NCBI GenBank assembly: GCA_903937035.1
Contig: CAIZXS010000020.1
Location: 3,443 to 67,442, forward strand
Direction of reading: 5' to 3'
DNA: 64,000 bases
Source: an uncultured bacterium
GTDB taxonomy: Bacteria > Patescibacteriota > Minisyncoccia > Moranbacterales > UBA2206
Part shown: piece by piece, positions 9,668 to 19,564 of the stretch
How positions within the stretch are numbered: the stretch's first letter is position 1
Layout: each line of letters begins with the position of its first letter
Notes under the pieces: generated by a model
Seen by the model: the letters and a program-made list of their open reading frames with translations, nothing else
Database searches by the model: none
Told to the model about the DNA's origin: nothing
Position numbers and translations under genes: made by a program

Positions 9668-9739
9668 TAGCCTCAAGGGGAATCGGACCCCTGTTTCCAG
9701 GATGAGAACCTGATGTCCTAGCCGCTAGACGATGAGGCC
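9668..9739 (-). tRNA. tRNA-Glu-like (anticodon CUC), 72 nt, no encoded CCA
   Basis: Reverse complement folds as a cloverleaf: acceptor GGCCTCA/TGAGGCT, D arm GTCT-AGCGGCTA-GGAC, anticodon stem TCAGG/CCTGG with loop TTCTCAT, T arm AGGGG-TCCGATT-CCCCT. The T loop has C where U55 is expected, so isotype and function are uncertain. Confidence 0.5.
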
Positions 9740-9798
9740 AAAATATCCAAAACTTAGCTTATCAGCAATTGGAAAAATTATCAAGTAAGTGACTCAAG

Positions 9799-12147
9799 CT
9801 ACTCAATTATCTTTCCGCCCTTTCCTACCTGATCAATTTTTACAGAAAGCATCTTCGACATTCCATCTTCTCCCATTGTAACGCCATAAAGCAAGGATGC
9901 TTGACGCATTGTTTCACGATTATGCGTAATAATCACAAATTGCGTGGAATCGGAAAGTTCTTGGATAATCCGACCAAAACGCTTTGAATTTGCTTCGTCA
10001 AGCGCCGCCTCCACTTCATCAAGAATTGAAAAAGGAGGTGGATTATGAGCAATTATGGCAAAAAGTAAAGCTAGCGAAGTAAGCGAACGCTCTCCACCAG
10101 AAAGCATCGCAAGGCTCGCTATTTTTTTGCCCGCAGGACACGCTGAGATATCAATACCAATTTCGTCCTTATCATCCTCATCCTCCGTAACAGCCTCATT
10201 TTCAACTTCGCCGTCCTGCTCATTAGCTTCACCATTCTCAGTAGAATCATCCTTCGTTCTGCGCGTTTTTATCTTAACCTTAGTCAGATGAGCGTCTCCA
10301 CCACCAAAAATAATGCGAAAATATTTGGAAAACTCTCTATTAATTTCATCAAAAGTCTCGTGAAACTTCTCATTAACTTTTTTCTCCATCTCTTTGATCA
10401 CTTCCCGAAGTGAAACCAAGGCATTTTCCAGATCGGCAGATTCAGTCGTCAAAAACTGAAAGCGTTTTTCAGTTTCATCATATTCAGTCACAACCAACGG
10501 ATCTATCCCGCCGATTTGCTCCATTTGAAATTTCAACTTAGCAATATCTCTTTCTAGTGAAAATTGATCAACAACCTCCAATGTTGTAGCTAGAAGTGCT
10601 ACATCCATCTTCAATTCTTCCAAAATACGCGCTCGCAAATCTTCTTCCCGCACTTCAATCTTTGCTAACGAAATTTTAAAATCATTGTACCGATCCTTGA
10701 AAGAATTGGCCTCCTCCTGTTTTAAGCGGAGCTCGCGCTCTATCTGAAAAAATTGCTGACGTTTATTGCGATCTAGTGCAATTTCGGCTTGAATTTCTTC
10801 AACTATTTTTCGCAAATCCTGCTCAAGCACGCTGATCTCCTCACGCACACGAAGCAACCTTGCTCGAAGATCAATAATCGCCTGAGAATCGACAGGCGCC
10901 GCCACCTCGACTGGTTTTATTTCCACTTTTTTCTCTGGAGCAGGAGCATCCTTCTTACCCTTTTCAATATCCCCCTTGAGCTCAGTTAACTTTATCTGAA
11001 TTTTTCGAGCCAATTCTCGCACAACCTCAAGATCATTCAAATCCTTGGCTGCGTTCAACTTTTGCACCAATGTTTCCTGATCACGCCGAATCTCCTCCAA
11101 ATTTCCCTTAACATAACTAAGGTCTACTGGTTGACTTTGAATCTTAATTTCTTCAATAATTTGAATACTTTTTTGCTTTTCCTTTTCGAGCTCAATCCGT
11201 CCTTCCGAAATAATCAACTCACGCTCCAAGTCATTTAGACTGCTCCGCTTTTCTCTCTGCAATTTTTCCAATTCCTGCAAAGCCTCATTCGTTTTTTCTT
11301 CCTTAGAGCGTCGATTTACTTCATCCACAAGTTTATCAGCTTCCCGCTGAATATTATTCATCTTCGCTCCCAAGGCGTCTTTCTCTTCATTCAGATTAAT
11401 CTTATCAGCATTAAACTTATTCCAAAGGTAGGTATAGAGCTTCGTTTGTTTTTCTTTCAGTTCCTTAGCGACAATCTCTCCCTGTGCCGCTTTTTCTGCT
11501 TGACGCTTAAGCACCTTCAGATGCGGCCGTATCTCTTCAATAAGTTCGCCCACTCGCACTAGATTTATCTTTGTTGTTTCTAATTTTCGGAGTGATCGTT
11601 CTTTTTTGATTTGATATTGCTTCACCCCTGCCGCTTCCTCAATCACAAATCGACGTTCGAGCGGCGTCGCATTGAGCACTGAATCTGCCATACCCTGATT
11701 GATGATGGCGTGACTTTCTTTGCCCACACCAGCTTTCGCCAAAATATCCACAATATCTTGCAATCTCACTCTTGAGCCATTGACCAAGTATTCACTTTCA
11801 CCACTGCGAAAAATTTTTCGAGAAATCGCCACCTCATCAAATTCCAATGGCAATCTTTTTTCGCTATTATCGAAATATAGTGTTACGACAGCGCTGCCCA
11901 ACTTGGCCTTTTTTCCTGATCCGGCAAAAATAATATCTTCCGATTTTTTACTCCGCAAGTTTTTCATCGATTGCTCACCAATCACCCAACGCATCGCATC
12001 GGCAATATTAGATTTTCCTGAACCATTCGGCCCGACAATAGCAGTTATCCCACGAACAGCGCCCTCCACGGGAGACGACGAAAAATCCAACACTGTTTTT
12101 GTTGCGAATGATTTAAATCCATTAATTTCCAATTTTTTCAAAAACAT
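9799..12147 (-). CDS. smc: chromosome partition protein SMC (short form)
   Basis: N-terminal Walker A (IVGPNGSGKSNI), long coiled-coil region, C-terminal LSGGERSLTSLALLFA signature and Walker B (ILDEVEAALD). ATG at 12147 (MFLKKLEINGFKSF) preferred over the track start at 12183. Confidence 0.85.
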   Translation of the reverse strand: MFLKKLEINGFKSFATKTVLDFSSSPVEGAVRGITAIVGPNGSGKSNIADAMRWVIGEQSMKNLRSKKSEDIIFAGSGKKAKLGSAVVTLYFDNSEKRLPLEFDEVAISRKIFRSGESEYLVNGSRVRLQDIVDILAKAGVGKESHAIINQGMADSVLNATPLERRFVIEEAAGVKQYQIKKERSLRKLETTKINLVRVGELIEEIRPHLKVLKRQAEKAAQGEIVAKELKEKQTKLYTYLWNKFNADKINLNEEKDALGAKMNNIQREADKLVDEVNRRSKEEKTNEALQELEKLQREKRSSLNDLERELIISEGRIELEKEKQKSIQIIEEIKIQSQPVDLSYVKGNLEEIRRDQETLVQKLNAAKDLNDLEVVRELARKIQIKLTELKGDIEKGKKDAPAPEKKVEIKPVEVAAPVDSQAIIDLRARLLRVREEISVLEQDLRKIVEEIQAEIALDRNKRQQFFQIERELRLKQEEANSFKDRYNDFKISLAKIEVREEDLRARILEELKMDVALLATTLEVVDQFSLERDIAKLKFQMEQIGGIDPLVVTEYDETEKRFQFLTTESADLENALVSLREVIKEMEKKVNEKFHETFDEINREFSKYFRIIFGGGDAHLTKVKIKTRRTKDDSTENGEANEQDGEVENEAVTEDEDDKDEIGIDISACPAGKKIASLAMLSGGERSLTSLALLFAIIAHNPPPFSILDEVEAALDEANSKRFGRIIQELSDSTQFVIITHNRETMRQASLLYGVTMGEDGMSKMLSVKIDQVGKGGKIIE

Positions 12148-12207
12148 CCTGTCATGAAGTATGAAACATAAAACACGAAACAAAAAGGCTTGAGCCTAAT
12201 TCGTCCT

Positions 12208-12256
12208 ATGTTATATGCTTCATGTTATATGTTACATGTTATGCTACATGTATTTT
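12208..12256. repeat. imperfect tandem 12-14-bp repeats (ATGTTATATGYTWC x3)
   Basis: atgttatatgcttc / atgttatatgttac / atgttatgctac / atgtatttt sit 60-110 bp upstream of the smc start. Confidence 0.5.
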
Positions 12257-12304
12257 CATTCTACAACACTTTTGAAAATAAATAAACTCAAAGTCACAAT
12301 TAAA

Positions 12305-12334
12305 CAAAAACACTAGATTACTCTGGTGTTTTTG
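12305..12334. terminator. intrinsic terminator after the Cys-rich protein operon
   Basis: aacactag-attact-ctggtgtt followed by ttttt; also a hairpin on the minus strand, downstream of ORF 12367..12798. Confidence 0.5.
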
Positions 12335-12366
12335 CCCTATCTTTTATCTAAATATCAAAGTCTCGA

Positions 12367-12798
12367 CTATTTTTTCTTCTCTACTGTCTGTGCTCTTGCG
12401 ACGGAAATCATTAAAACGTTTTTGGTTGTTTTGTCATATGTCACCTTAACTAAATCACCCTTCTTTAAGTCGGCCATCTGGCCAGCAGTTGGTTGATCTG
12501 CGCCCAAGGTGATTATGACCGGCGTGGCACCATTAATATTGACTAACGTTGATTCTTGGGGGGTTTTGATGGTAAGGGTCTTCTCAGCGATAACCTCTAC
12601 GCTACCCGAAATATCCACCCTAGCATTCTCATTGACTTTCGTCGCTTCTTGACCAAACATATTGTTTTTGACAATTGTTTTTTGGTCCACTGGCTTATTT
12701 GCTACGCTCTTATCTCGAATACTTTTGGCGATAATGAAAATTCCGCCAAAAAGAACAATGAGTGCAAAGACAAGAATGATTGTTTTTTTTGTATTCAT
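12367..12798 (-). CDS. small membrane-anchored protein of unknown function (paralogue of 454..945)
   Basis: N-terminal TM segment TIILVFALIVLFGGIFIIA and the conserved C-terminal GDLVKVTYDKTTKNVLMISV block. Confidence 0.55.
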   Translation of the reverse strand: MNTKKTIILVFALIVLFGGIFIIAKSIRDKSVANKPVDQKTIVKNNMFGQEATKVNENARVDISGSVEVIAEKTLTIKTPQESTLVNINGATPVIITLGADQPTAGQMADLKKGDLVKVTYDKTTKNVLMISVARAQTVEKKK

Positions 12799-12835
12799 GT
12801 TTTTTATTTACTATAAATTAACTTAAATTATTTAT

Positions 12836-15796
12836 CTACTTTTCTTGCCATTGACCAGAACCGCAAGGACCACAATATGCGGAATCACAAGTATTTGCCG
12901 GACAGCTCGCACAGATGCGAGGTTGTGTTCCGCAAACCCCCGCCCCACACGGATCCGAACAACCTGTAGTACAAGCTCCAGGTATACAGTCTATCACACA
13001 AGAATTTCCACTCCGTTTGAATCCAGCTTTGCAAGTGTATTCACATTTTCGAGCGCTGCCCGCCGGGAAGCTACAAGAGTCAACAACCAATCCGTCCATA
13101 TTTGCCGCTAAATAATCGTCATCACCAGGGCAAAGGTCGGCATTGGCAGGCGGATTGACGCAAGTAGCAGTGTTCAAAACACAAGTTCCAGCAGCGCCAT
13201 CCCAAATATAGCCATTCGCGCAAGAATAGCATTTCTGAGTACCACAGCAAACTGAACCATCAGTTACTATTTTGACGTTATATGTAGCTTCATCTATTGC
13301 TGAAAGCGGATTAATGCACGCCCGCATATCAGCACCAATAGGCTGACAAGTTGCTGCGCAAACACTTGCCGAAGTCATGCAGGGAGTTCCTGTAACTGTC
13401 CCATTGTAGGGCGTAAGTGAACAGCTGACCGTTCCAGTATCATTCAACATAACACCAAAGTTAGTATATTCCGAAGGGACATTGAGCCCATTGACTTGTG
13501 GCGTAAGCCCTGTGCAAGACAATGTGCAACCCTTAGCTTTCGTCGTTGTCCAGCTCAGAGGGCCCCAAGTGTCCTTAGAGTACGCTGTGCTACTAAAAGA
13601 AAAGGTAGTGCAAACAGGGGTTTGTGTATAATACTCACATGCCCCAGCCGCTCCAGTGCAACCGGTGGTTGCCACATCCTTCCAAAGAGTAACGCTAGGC
13701 AATCCTGATGTTTTCGTGCTAGGACAAACTTCTTGAAATTCAATCGGATCAGGCGGAGTGCCGGTACATGAATGAGGTACTGCCGGACCAACGGTTGTTG
13801 AGGCATAGCAAGGTGCACCTATAACTGCGCCCCTGCGAGGCAAAAGAGAGCAATTCACAGATCCTTCTCTATTTAGCATCACGCCATAATCAGTATATTG
13901 TTTATCAACAGTATTGCCAGAAAACTCAGGATCAAGACCCGTGCAAGACAGCGCGCAATCATCGGCATTCGTAGTTGTCCAGGTTAGTGGCCCCCAGACA
14001 TCCTTGACGTAGCTGCTACTACCAAAAGAAAATGTATTGCAAACAGGCGCTGCCACAACTTCATATCCATAATATAGCTCACCATAAGTTTGCGCAGTAT
14101 ACATGTAAGTAGAATATTGACTACCCCTAAAAAGTGCGGCATAATGGCCAGGCACTGATTGTGCGATACCAGTAGCAGTAGCTAACTGAGTGGTAGACTG
14201 TCCTGCCATTGGAGTTGAAGCTGAGAGCATGCCATATCTAGCCGCATTTATTTCCACATCCAATCCAACATAAGCCAATGCATTAGAACAAGTCGCTGCC
14301 CACGCCGTACCAGTAGCTTTAATCGCTTCTTCTGGTTTATAGACAGAGTTATTTAGACTTACAGTAAATGTAACCCCCCCAGCCGAGTCAGTAAACGTAA
14401 GCCCCTTCACGCCACTCGAAACTGATAACCCTGAAACGACCAAGATTAAAAGAATAAACGCATTAATATTCTTTTTTTTAATAAAAATGACCGTAAAAGA
14501 GATTATCGAAAGTAAAACGATGAAAGAAATTCCATAAATCAGTAAACTATTTTTTTGATTTTCTTTTTTTTGCGCCGGATCAATTGTAGCATTCCCTGAT
14601 ACGCTCTTGCTAATAAGCTTATAATCATTTTGATCAAGAATTAAACCTTTCGCATCTTGGATTGCGACACTGATTTGGGGGTTAAGACAATCAGTGGTGA
14701 TGGGAAAATCAAAAGATGGAGTTTTTTCCTTAGAATCAAGTTCTTTTTTACCATTTGCAGTAGTGCAATTGGCGTTGTTTTTATCTTTTATGGAAATTGT
14801 TACAAATAATTTTCCGCCATCTGTTGCACCAAAACGAGAGCCAGGAAAACTATCAGCAGAGGGAGTCCAAAAGAAAGAAGCCTTAGCAGTATCACCTTTT
14901 TGATAATAATCCTTGTCTAAGCGAAGATTCTGAATTGTAGCACTAGCTCCTCGCAACACATAATGAAAGACTACTTTATTAGAAATTACATCACCTTTAG
15001 TGTTAGCTAAATTAACAACAGCGTCATAAGCTTGAGGCATGATAGCTTTGGAAAGAGTAAAACTAACTTGCTTTTTTTCTTGTGGATTTAGTGCTAAAAC
15101 TTTTTGAGGCTCTTGGTTATCTGGAACAACTCGTCCAAAAGTAGTCCGCCAATGTGTTTCAATTTTTGGAGTAGCTGTCAACGCTACGCTGGAATGATTA
15201 GTGATTTCACAAGTCGCGATTAGCTTTTCTTCATTTTTAATATCCACACCCTGCCCTAACGTATATTGCTTGCCCCCCGCTTCTCCATCAACTTTCAAAA
15301 AGCAAGATTTAGCATTAATTTCCGCGTATTGCCCATCTCCATTTAATATCACATCGCCAGGATGAACCATCGCCAACATGAGGCCATTTTGATTTCTGGC
15401 GACAATCCAAAGTTGTAGATTACCAGAAAGATAAGCAGGGGCAACGTAAGCTATCTCTTTTGGAATTGTCTCATTTTCACCGAGATTGACTGCTTCTGGA
15501 TAAATCTGTTCGTCCATGACCACCTGAATACCCTTTTCTTCCTTAACTAGCCGTACAGCATATTTAACGTCCGGCTGGATATTGGCATGATTAGAAAGAT
15601 CAAAAAATAACTTGAACTTATTTTTATCTTGGGAAACTATTTTTGCGTTATAAACATCAACCATAGCCACAGTGACCTTATTTTTTTGTGTTGGCGCCGG
15701 AATTTCAGCGGCTTGAACACTTGAAACAAAAAATGTCAATACAAAAACGACCAAGATATTAATAGTTAATTGCTGGAAAACATTTTTTTGTTTCAT
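12836..15796 (-). CDS. large bipartite cysteine-rich surface protein, unknown function (paralogue of 15927..19352)
   Basis: Signal peptide (VFVLTFFVSSVQA), ~400-aa N-terminal domain, TM segment LLIYGISFIVLLSIISFTVIFI followed by KKK, a second signal-peptide-like segment AFILLILVVSGLSVSSG, then a ~520-aa Cys-rich region with two ~90-aa internal repeats (CNTFSFGSSSYVKDVWGPLTWTTT / CTTFSFSSTAYSKDTWGPLSWTTT) and CP..W..V...C....CEY modules. Confidence 0.7.
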   Translation of the reverse strand: MKQKNVFQQLTINILVVFVLTFFVSSVQAAEIPAPTQKNKVTVAMVDVYNAKIVSQDKNKFKLFFDLSNHANIQPDVKYAVRLVKEEKGIQVVMDEQIYPEAVNLGENETIPKEIAYVAPAYLSGNLQLWIVARNQNGLMLAMVHPGDVILNGDGQYAEINAKSCFLKVDGEAGGKQYTLGQGVDIKNEEKLIATCEITNHSSVALTATPKIETHWRTTFGRVVPDNQEPQKVLALNPQEKKQVSFTLSKAIMPQAYDAVVNLANTKGDVISNKVVFHYVLRGASATIQNLRLDKDYYQKGDTAKASFFWTPSADSFPGSRFGATDGGKLFVTISIKDKNNANCTTANGKKELDSKEKTPSFDFPITTDCLNPQISVAIQDAKGLILDQNDYKLISKSVSGNATIDPAQKKENQKNSLLIYGISFIVLLSIISFTVIFIKKKNINAFILLILVVSGLSVSSGVKGLTFTDSAGGVTFTVSLNNSVYKPEEAIKATGTAWAATCSNALAYVGLDVEINAARYGMLSASTPMAGQSTTQLATATGIAQSVPGHYAALFRGSQYSTYMYTAQTYGELYYGYEVVAAPVCNTFSFGSSSYVKDVWGPLTWTTTNADDCALSCTGLDPEFSGNTVDKQYTDYGVMLNREGSVNCSLLPRRGAVIGAPCYASTTVGPAVPHSCTGTPPDPIEFQEVCPSTKTSGLPSVTLWKDVATTGCTGAAGACEYYTQTPVCTTFSFSSTAYSKDTWGPLSWTTTKAKGCTLSCTGLTPQVNGLNVPSEYTNFGVMLNDTGTVSCSLTPYNGTVTGTPCMTSASVCAATCQPIGADMRACINPLSAIDEATYNVKIVTDGSVCCGTQKCYSCANGYIWDGAAGTCVLNTATCVNPPANADLCPGDDDYLAANMDGLVVDSCSFPAGSARKCEYTCKAGFKRSGNSCVIDCIPGACTTGCSDPCGAGVCGTQPRICASCPANTCDSAYCGPCGSGQWQEK

Positions 15797-15926
15797 TTTA
15801 TTGTTTTATTTTATTTATTAATCAACGAAAGTTTTTTACATTAATATATTACAACACATTTGAAAATTTGTCATTTTTTCCAATCAAGATTTACAATTCC
15901 GCCCTCAAAAAACTAAATTTTCTCAC

Positions 15927-18900
15927 CTATTGAATCTCCCGCCATCCGCCAGAATTACAAGGGCAATAAATTGATCCCGTGCAGCTACTAGCGGTACACG
16001 GATCGGCACAGCCAGAACCAATTGGTGCTGATGATGTGCATGTTTGATATTTATTTCCACAAATTCCTGCGCTGCATGTAAGCGTAGCGGGAGAACACAG
16101 AGCGCCAGGACATGCGATATATTCGCAAGAACCACCTACATTGCAAGTACCAACTGGTCCCCAATTTTTTGCCACTGCCAATCCAGTCTCTATCGTACCT
16201 GGGCATTTGTAAAAACCTGGGGGTACCGACAACCCGCAATCAAATAATGCTGGTGGCGTATAGTACTCGCAATTTCCTCCTGAGATACAGCTAAGTGCAC
16301 TGGGTCCCACATTATGCCATGGATTAGCAACATTTGTCAGTGTGGCTGGACACATCATTGAGCCTGCAGGGATAGAGCCTGTGCAAGAAAGTGATGTTGT
16401 GCAAGTTGCATTCGTTGGATCAAGAGAATTGCGACACACACCCGTTTCATATGAATAAGGCGCAACTTCTCGTCCAAGAGAAGTGCTGTAACAAATTCCA
16501 TTGGGGATATTTCTACAGGCATAACTTTGATTATCCACATGCCAATAGTTCAAGCCACAGGGCTCATTACAGCTAGCAGCATCTTTACAAGTAGTGCTGT
16601 CCAAAACATTGCCGGTATTGCGACAATAACAAGTACTAGTTCCGTCGCAACCATCCATTCCACCATAACAATCCATAGGGTAACTGCACATAGATGTGTC
16701 AGTGCATGTGCCATTGCAAGGTTCTTTTGTTACGCAAGGGCTACATGTTGGATCACCAGTTCCATTGCAAGTCGTAATGCAACCAAAAATTGGATAACAA
16801 TCAAGACCGGCCTGACAGTCACTGTCAGTGGAACAAGCTCCGCGACAACCAGATGGTACGACTAGCGGAGTATAATACTCACACTTTCTTGGGTCCGAAC
16901 AACTCCCATATGAAGTTCCCACATATCGCCAAGGAATAACTACCGTCAATCCAGTGTCATCCCCCGGGCACATTATGGAATCAGCAGGAACAGATCCAGT
17001 ACATGCTGTCGACGGAACACAATTGCAACCATCACAAGTCGTCCCAGAAGGACAACTTCCACCACTGAAAACCAAGCTGCACGCACAGTTTTTCGTACAC
17101 ATCGTTCCATTCCAGGTATAACCAGCAGCAGTGTCACATTCATAGCAAGATGTTCCACCGCAACAAGTAGCGGAGGTCGTAATGCCATTAGTCAAAGACG
17201 CCATACAGCCAGGACCAGTGGAGCATGTGGCACTACAACAATTTTTGATCGAATAATCGATACTACCTTCGCCAATTTTGTCATAGTCCGCTGCCACATC
17301 ACTAACATAACCATGTTTAAAAGCATACGTAAATTTAGCTGAGTAATTTCCGCAAGTCCAACCACTGGTACTGAAATTATATGCACCAGCACTGATAGCG
17401 CCCTCGTTAGTGATATAGGACGAATTAATAATCCACTGCGCGGGGTTACTTCCTGTTGTTTGCACAACCATTCCCGTTGTCACGCCGTTATTGCAAATAT
17501 TGGCCCCGATTGAGAGGCCAGCAGCCTGAATGGTGGTCCCTTGATCAACAGAGCATCCGCTACTATTGCAACTGCCGCCGGAGCCATTATTCAAATTATA
17601 GGAGAACTGAACAATATCCCTATAACAACCATGAACTTTACCATCAACAGAATACCAATAAGCGTTATTATTACTAAATCTACACAGAGAGACAGACTGG
17701 TAGTCCACAGGGCACACTGGAGTGGCATCTAAGGTCGCCTGCGAAACTCCACAATTGAGCATACTAACAAACTGTGTCCCCGTCGCAGCAGATTCATCGA
17801 ATGTTTGCCAAAAAGAATCCCCCTCCAATACTGCCACCGATATCGCCCAGGACTGATTTGTCCATAAAAAAGAAGCTGCGAAAACCAAAAAGAAAATACC
17901 AGTCTTGGAAATATTTGCGATTCTCCACTTCTTCCAATGAAACCAATTCACGATTACCAATATTAAAACTAAAATTAAACCGATGATTACCACGAGAAAA
18001 TTATTTTTACCTTCCCGCTGAACAGCTGACTTAGCCTGCTCTTTTCCCGGCTCAGTCTTGATGATTTTTTCATATAAAAGCTGCCCTTCATTAATCAATT
18101 TAATGGTAACAATAGGATAGAGACAATCTTTTTCCATTGGAACAGTCAGGATGGTTTTAAATTCTCCGGTTTTCTGAGTTAATTTCCCACCACAAGAATT
18201 TCCCTTAACATCTCTAAATTCAACTTCAAAGCGAGGATCTTTTAAATAGCTTCCACCAGTCCGAGAATCACGAAAAGTGTCCGCCGATCCTGCCCATAGC
18301 AAAGCTAGCTGAGCATTCTCTCTTGCTTTATATTGATTTTTGTCGAGACTGGCATTGATAATGGTGCCGCTTTTGCCAGAAAGAACAAAGTGAGCGAAGA
18401 CTGGATTGGAAACAATTTTTCCCTCTTTCTTGAAAACAATCTTGGCATCATAGGCTTGAGGATTTTCCGGCAAACGAATAGCGAGCTTGACCAATTTTTC
18501 CTCATCCTTGTTGAAAGTAACGGCTTCGTTTTGCGATACTTCTAATTCTCCAGTTTTTCTCCCATAGAAATCTCTTTGATAGAATTCAACCGTGGGCAGA
18601 ACTGTCACGTCCTCTCCGATAAGATTTTTAATCTGACAGTTGAAAAAAAGTTTTTCTTCTTTTTTCAAATCCACTCCTTGACTCAGATTATATTTCTTGT
18701 CATTTTCTCCTTCAATTGTCAAATAGCACGAACTACTTTGCTCGATGAATTTTTTTGATCCAGCTAGATTGACATTGAACGATTGACCAGCCAAGACCAT
18801 TCCGCTTTCATCTTTAACTTTGAGCCAAAGAACAAAAACGCCATTCAAGTATTCTGGAGCTTGATAGATAATCTCTCGGCGAACTGACTTATTTTTTTCG

Positions 18901-19352
18901 ATTGTAATTTTATCTTCTGAAAAAATTTTGACATCCGCAAGGCTAGTCCCATTATTCTCTCCCTCTTTGAACAACTCCAAGCCATAAATCAAGTTGGATT
19001 GAAGTTCCATAGAATTATCCACATTGAAAACTAGCCTCAACTGATCCTTTTTTAATTCGCTTATTTCAGCATTGCTAATGTTAACATCAGCAATAATTTC
19101 GACTTTTGCCTTGGAACCATTTCCTATCTTAGTCAGATCATCAGCGGTCAGAATCTCCTCTGCGCTACCGCTCTCAACTGGCTTCGCCAACTCCTCAAAA
19201 ATAGCCTTAGTATCATCAACTGCCAAAGTAGTTTTTCCGGAGCACAATAAAATGATTACTAAAAAAACCGGGAGGACTAATTTATTTTTCATTTTGTTTT
19301 TTAAATTTAAATTAATTTTAACTACCCCAATTATTTTCAAACAATAGCACAT
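15927..19352 (-). CDS. large bipartite cysteine-rich surface protein, unknown function (paralogue of 12836..15796)
   Basis: Same architecture: signal peptide (probable start at internal MKNKLVLPVFLVIILLC), homologous N-terminal domain (YQAPEYLNGVFVLWL vs YVAPAYLSGNLQLWI; PQAYDAKIVF vs PQAYDAVVNL), TM segment FLVVIIGLILVLILVIV, second signal-like segment GIFFLVFAASFLWTNQSWA, and a ~640-aa Cys-rich region with repeated CPGDD/CP...W..VG...C.....CEY modules. Both proteins end in CPC.SG.W.E. Confidence 0.7.
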   Translation of the reverse strand: MCYCLKIIGVVKINLNLKNKMKNKLVLPVFLVIILLCSGKTTLAVDDTKAIFEELAKPVESGSAEEILTADDLTKIGNGSKAKVEIIADVNISNAEISELKKDQLRLVFNVDNSMELQSNLIYGLELFKEGENNGTSLADVKIFSEDKITIEKNKSVRREIIYQAPEYLNGVFVLWLKVKDESGMVLAGQSFNVNLAGSKKFIEQSSSCYLTIEGENDKKYNLSQGVDLKKEEKLFFNCQIKNLIGEDVTVLPTVEFYQRDFYGRKTGELEVSQNEAVTFNKDEEKLVKLAIRLPENPQAYDAKIVFKKEGKIVSNPVFAHFVLSGKSGTIINASLDKNQYKARENAQLALLWAGSADTFRDSRTGGSYLKDPRFEVEFRDVKGNSCGGKLTQKTGEFKTILTVPMEKDCLYPIVTIKLINEGQLLYEKIIKTEPGKEQAKSAVQREGKNNFLVVIIGLILVLILVIVNWFHWKKWRIANISKTGIFFLVFAASFLWTNQSWAISVAVLEGDSFWQTFDESAATGTQFVSMLNCGVSQATLDATPVCPVDYQSVSLCRFSNNNAYWYSVDGKVHGCYRDIVQFSYNLNNGSGGSCNSSGCSVDQGTTIQAAGLSIGANICNNGVTTGMVVQTTGSNPAQWIINSSYITNEGAISAGAYNFSTSGWTCGNYSAKFTYAFKHGYVSDVAADYDKIGEGSIDYSIKNCCSATCSTGPGCMASLTNGITTSATCCGGTSCYECDTAAGYTWNGTMCTKNCACSLVFSGGSCPSGTTCDGCNCVPSTACTGSVPADSIMCPGDDTGLTVVIPWRYVGTSYGSCSDPRKCEYYTPLVVPSGCRGACSTDSDCQAGLDCYPIFGCITTCNGTGDPTCSPCVTKEPCNGTCTDTSMCSYPMDCYGGMDGCDGTSTCYCRNTGNVLDSTTCKDAASCNEPCGLNYWHVDNQSYACRNIPNGICYSTSLGREVAPYSYETGVCRNSLDPTNATCTTSLSCTGSIPAGSMMCPATLTNVANPWHNVGPSALSCISGGNCEYYTPPALFDCGLSVPPGFYKCPGTIETGLAVAKNWGPVGTCNVGGSCEYIACPGALCSPATLTCSAGICGNKYQTCTSSAPIGSGCADPCTASSCTGSIYCPCNSGGWREIQ

Positions 19353-19490
19353 CTAAGCAAAATCCTTTTTGAGAGTCACTCTCCCTACTAGCTTTTCTAT
19401 TTCTAAAATATTCACACGCTCATTGCGCCACCAATCCCTTTTCTTATTTAAGTCATTTCTAATAAATATATTCTACATCATTTCGAAAAA

Positions 19491-19519
19491 TTGGACAATG
19501 AGCCTTTTGCTGATATAAT
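19491..19519 (+). promoter_or_regulatory. sigma70-like promoter for corA
   Basis: ttggac(a) -35 at 19491-19497, 16-17-bp spacer, consensus TATAAT -10 at 19514-19519. Confidence 0.55.
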
Positions 19520-19564
19520 TAATGTGCGCTTAAAAATAAATAAAAAATGACACTACAAACCTCC

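Noticed and set aside
11720-12157. 145-aa plus-strand ORF and other 60-165-aa antisense ORFs inside smc, ftsZ, ftsA, dnaB and the large Cys-rich genes
   Set aside because: They are embedded antisense in well-supported genes, have low-complexity translations and no RBS.
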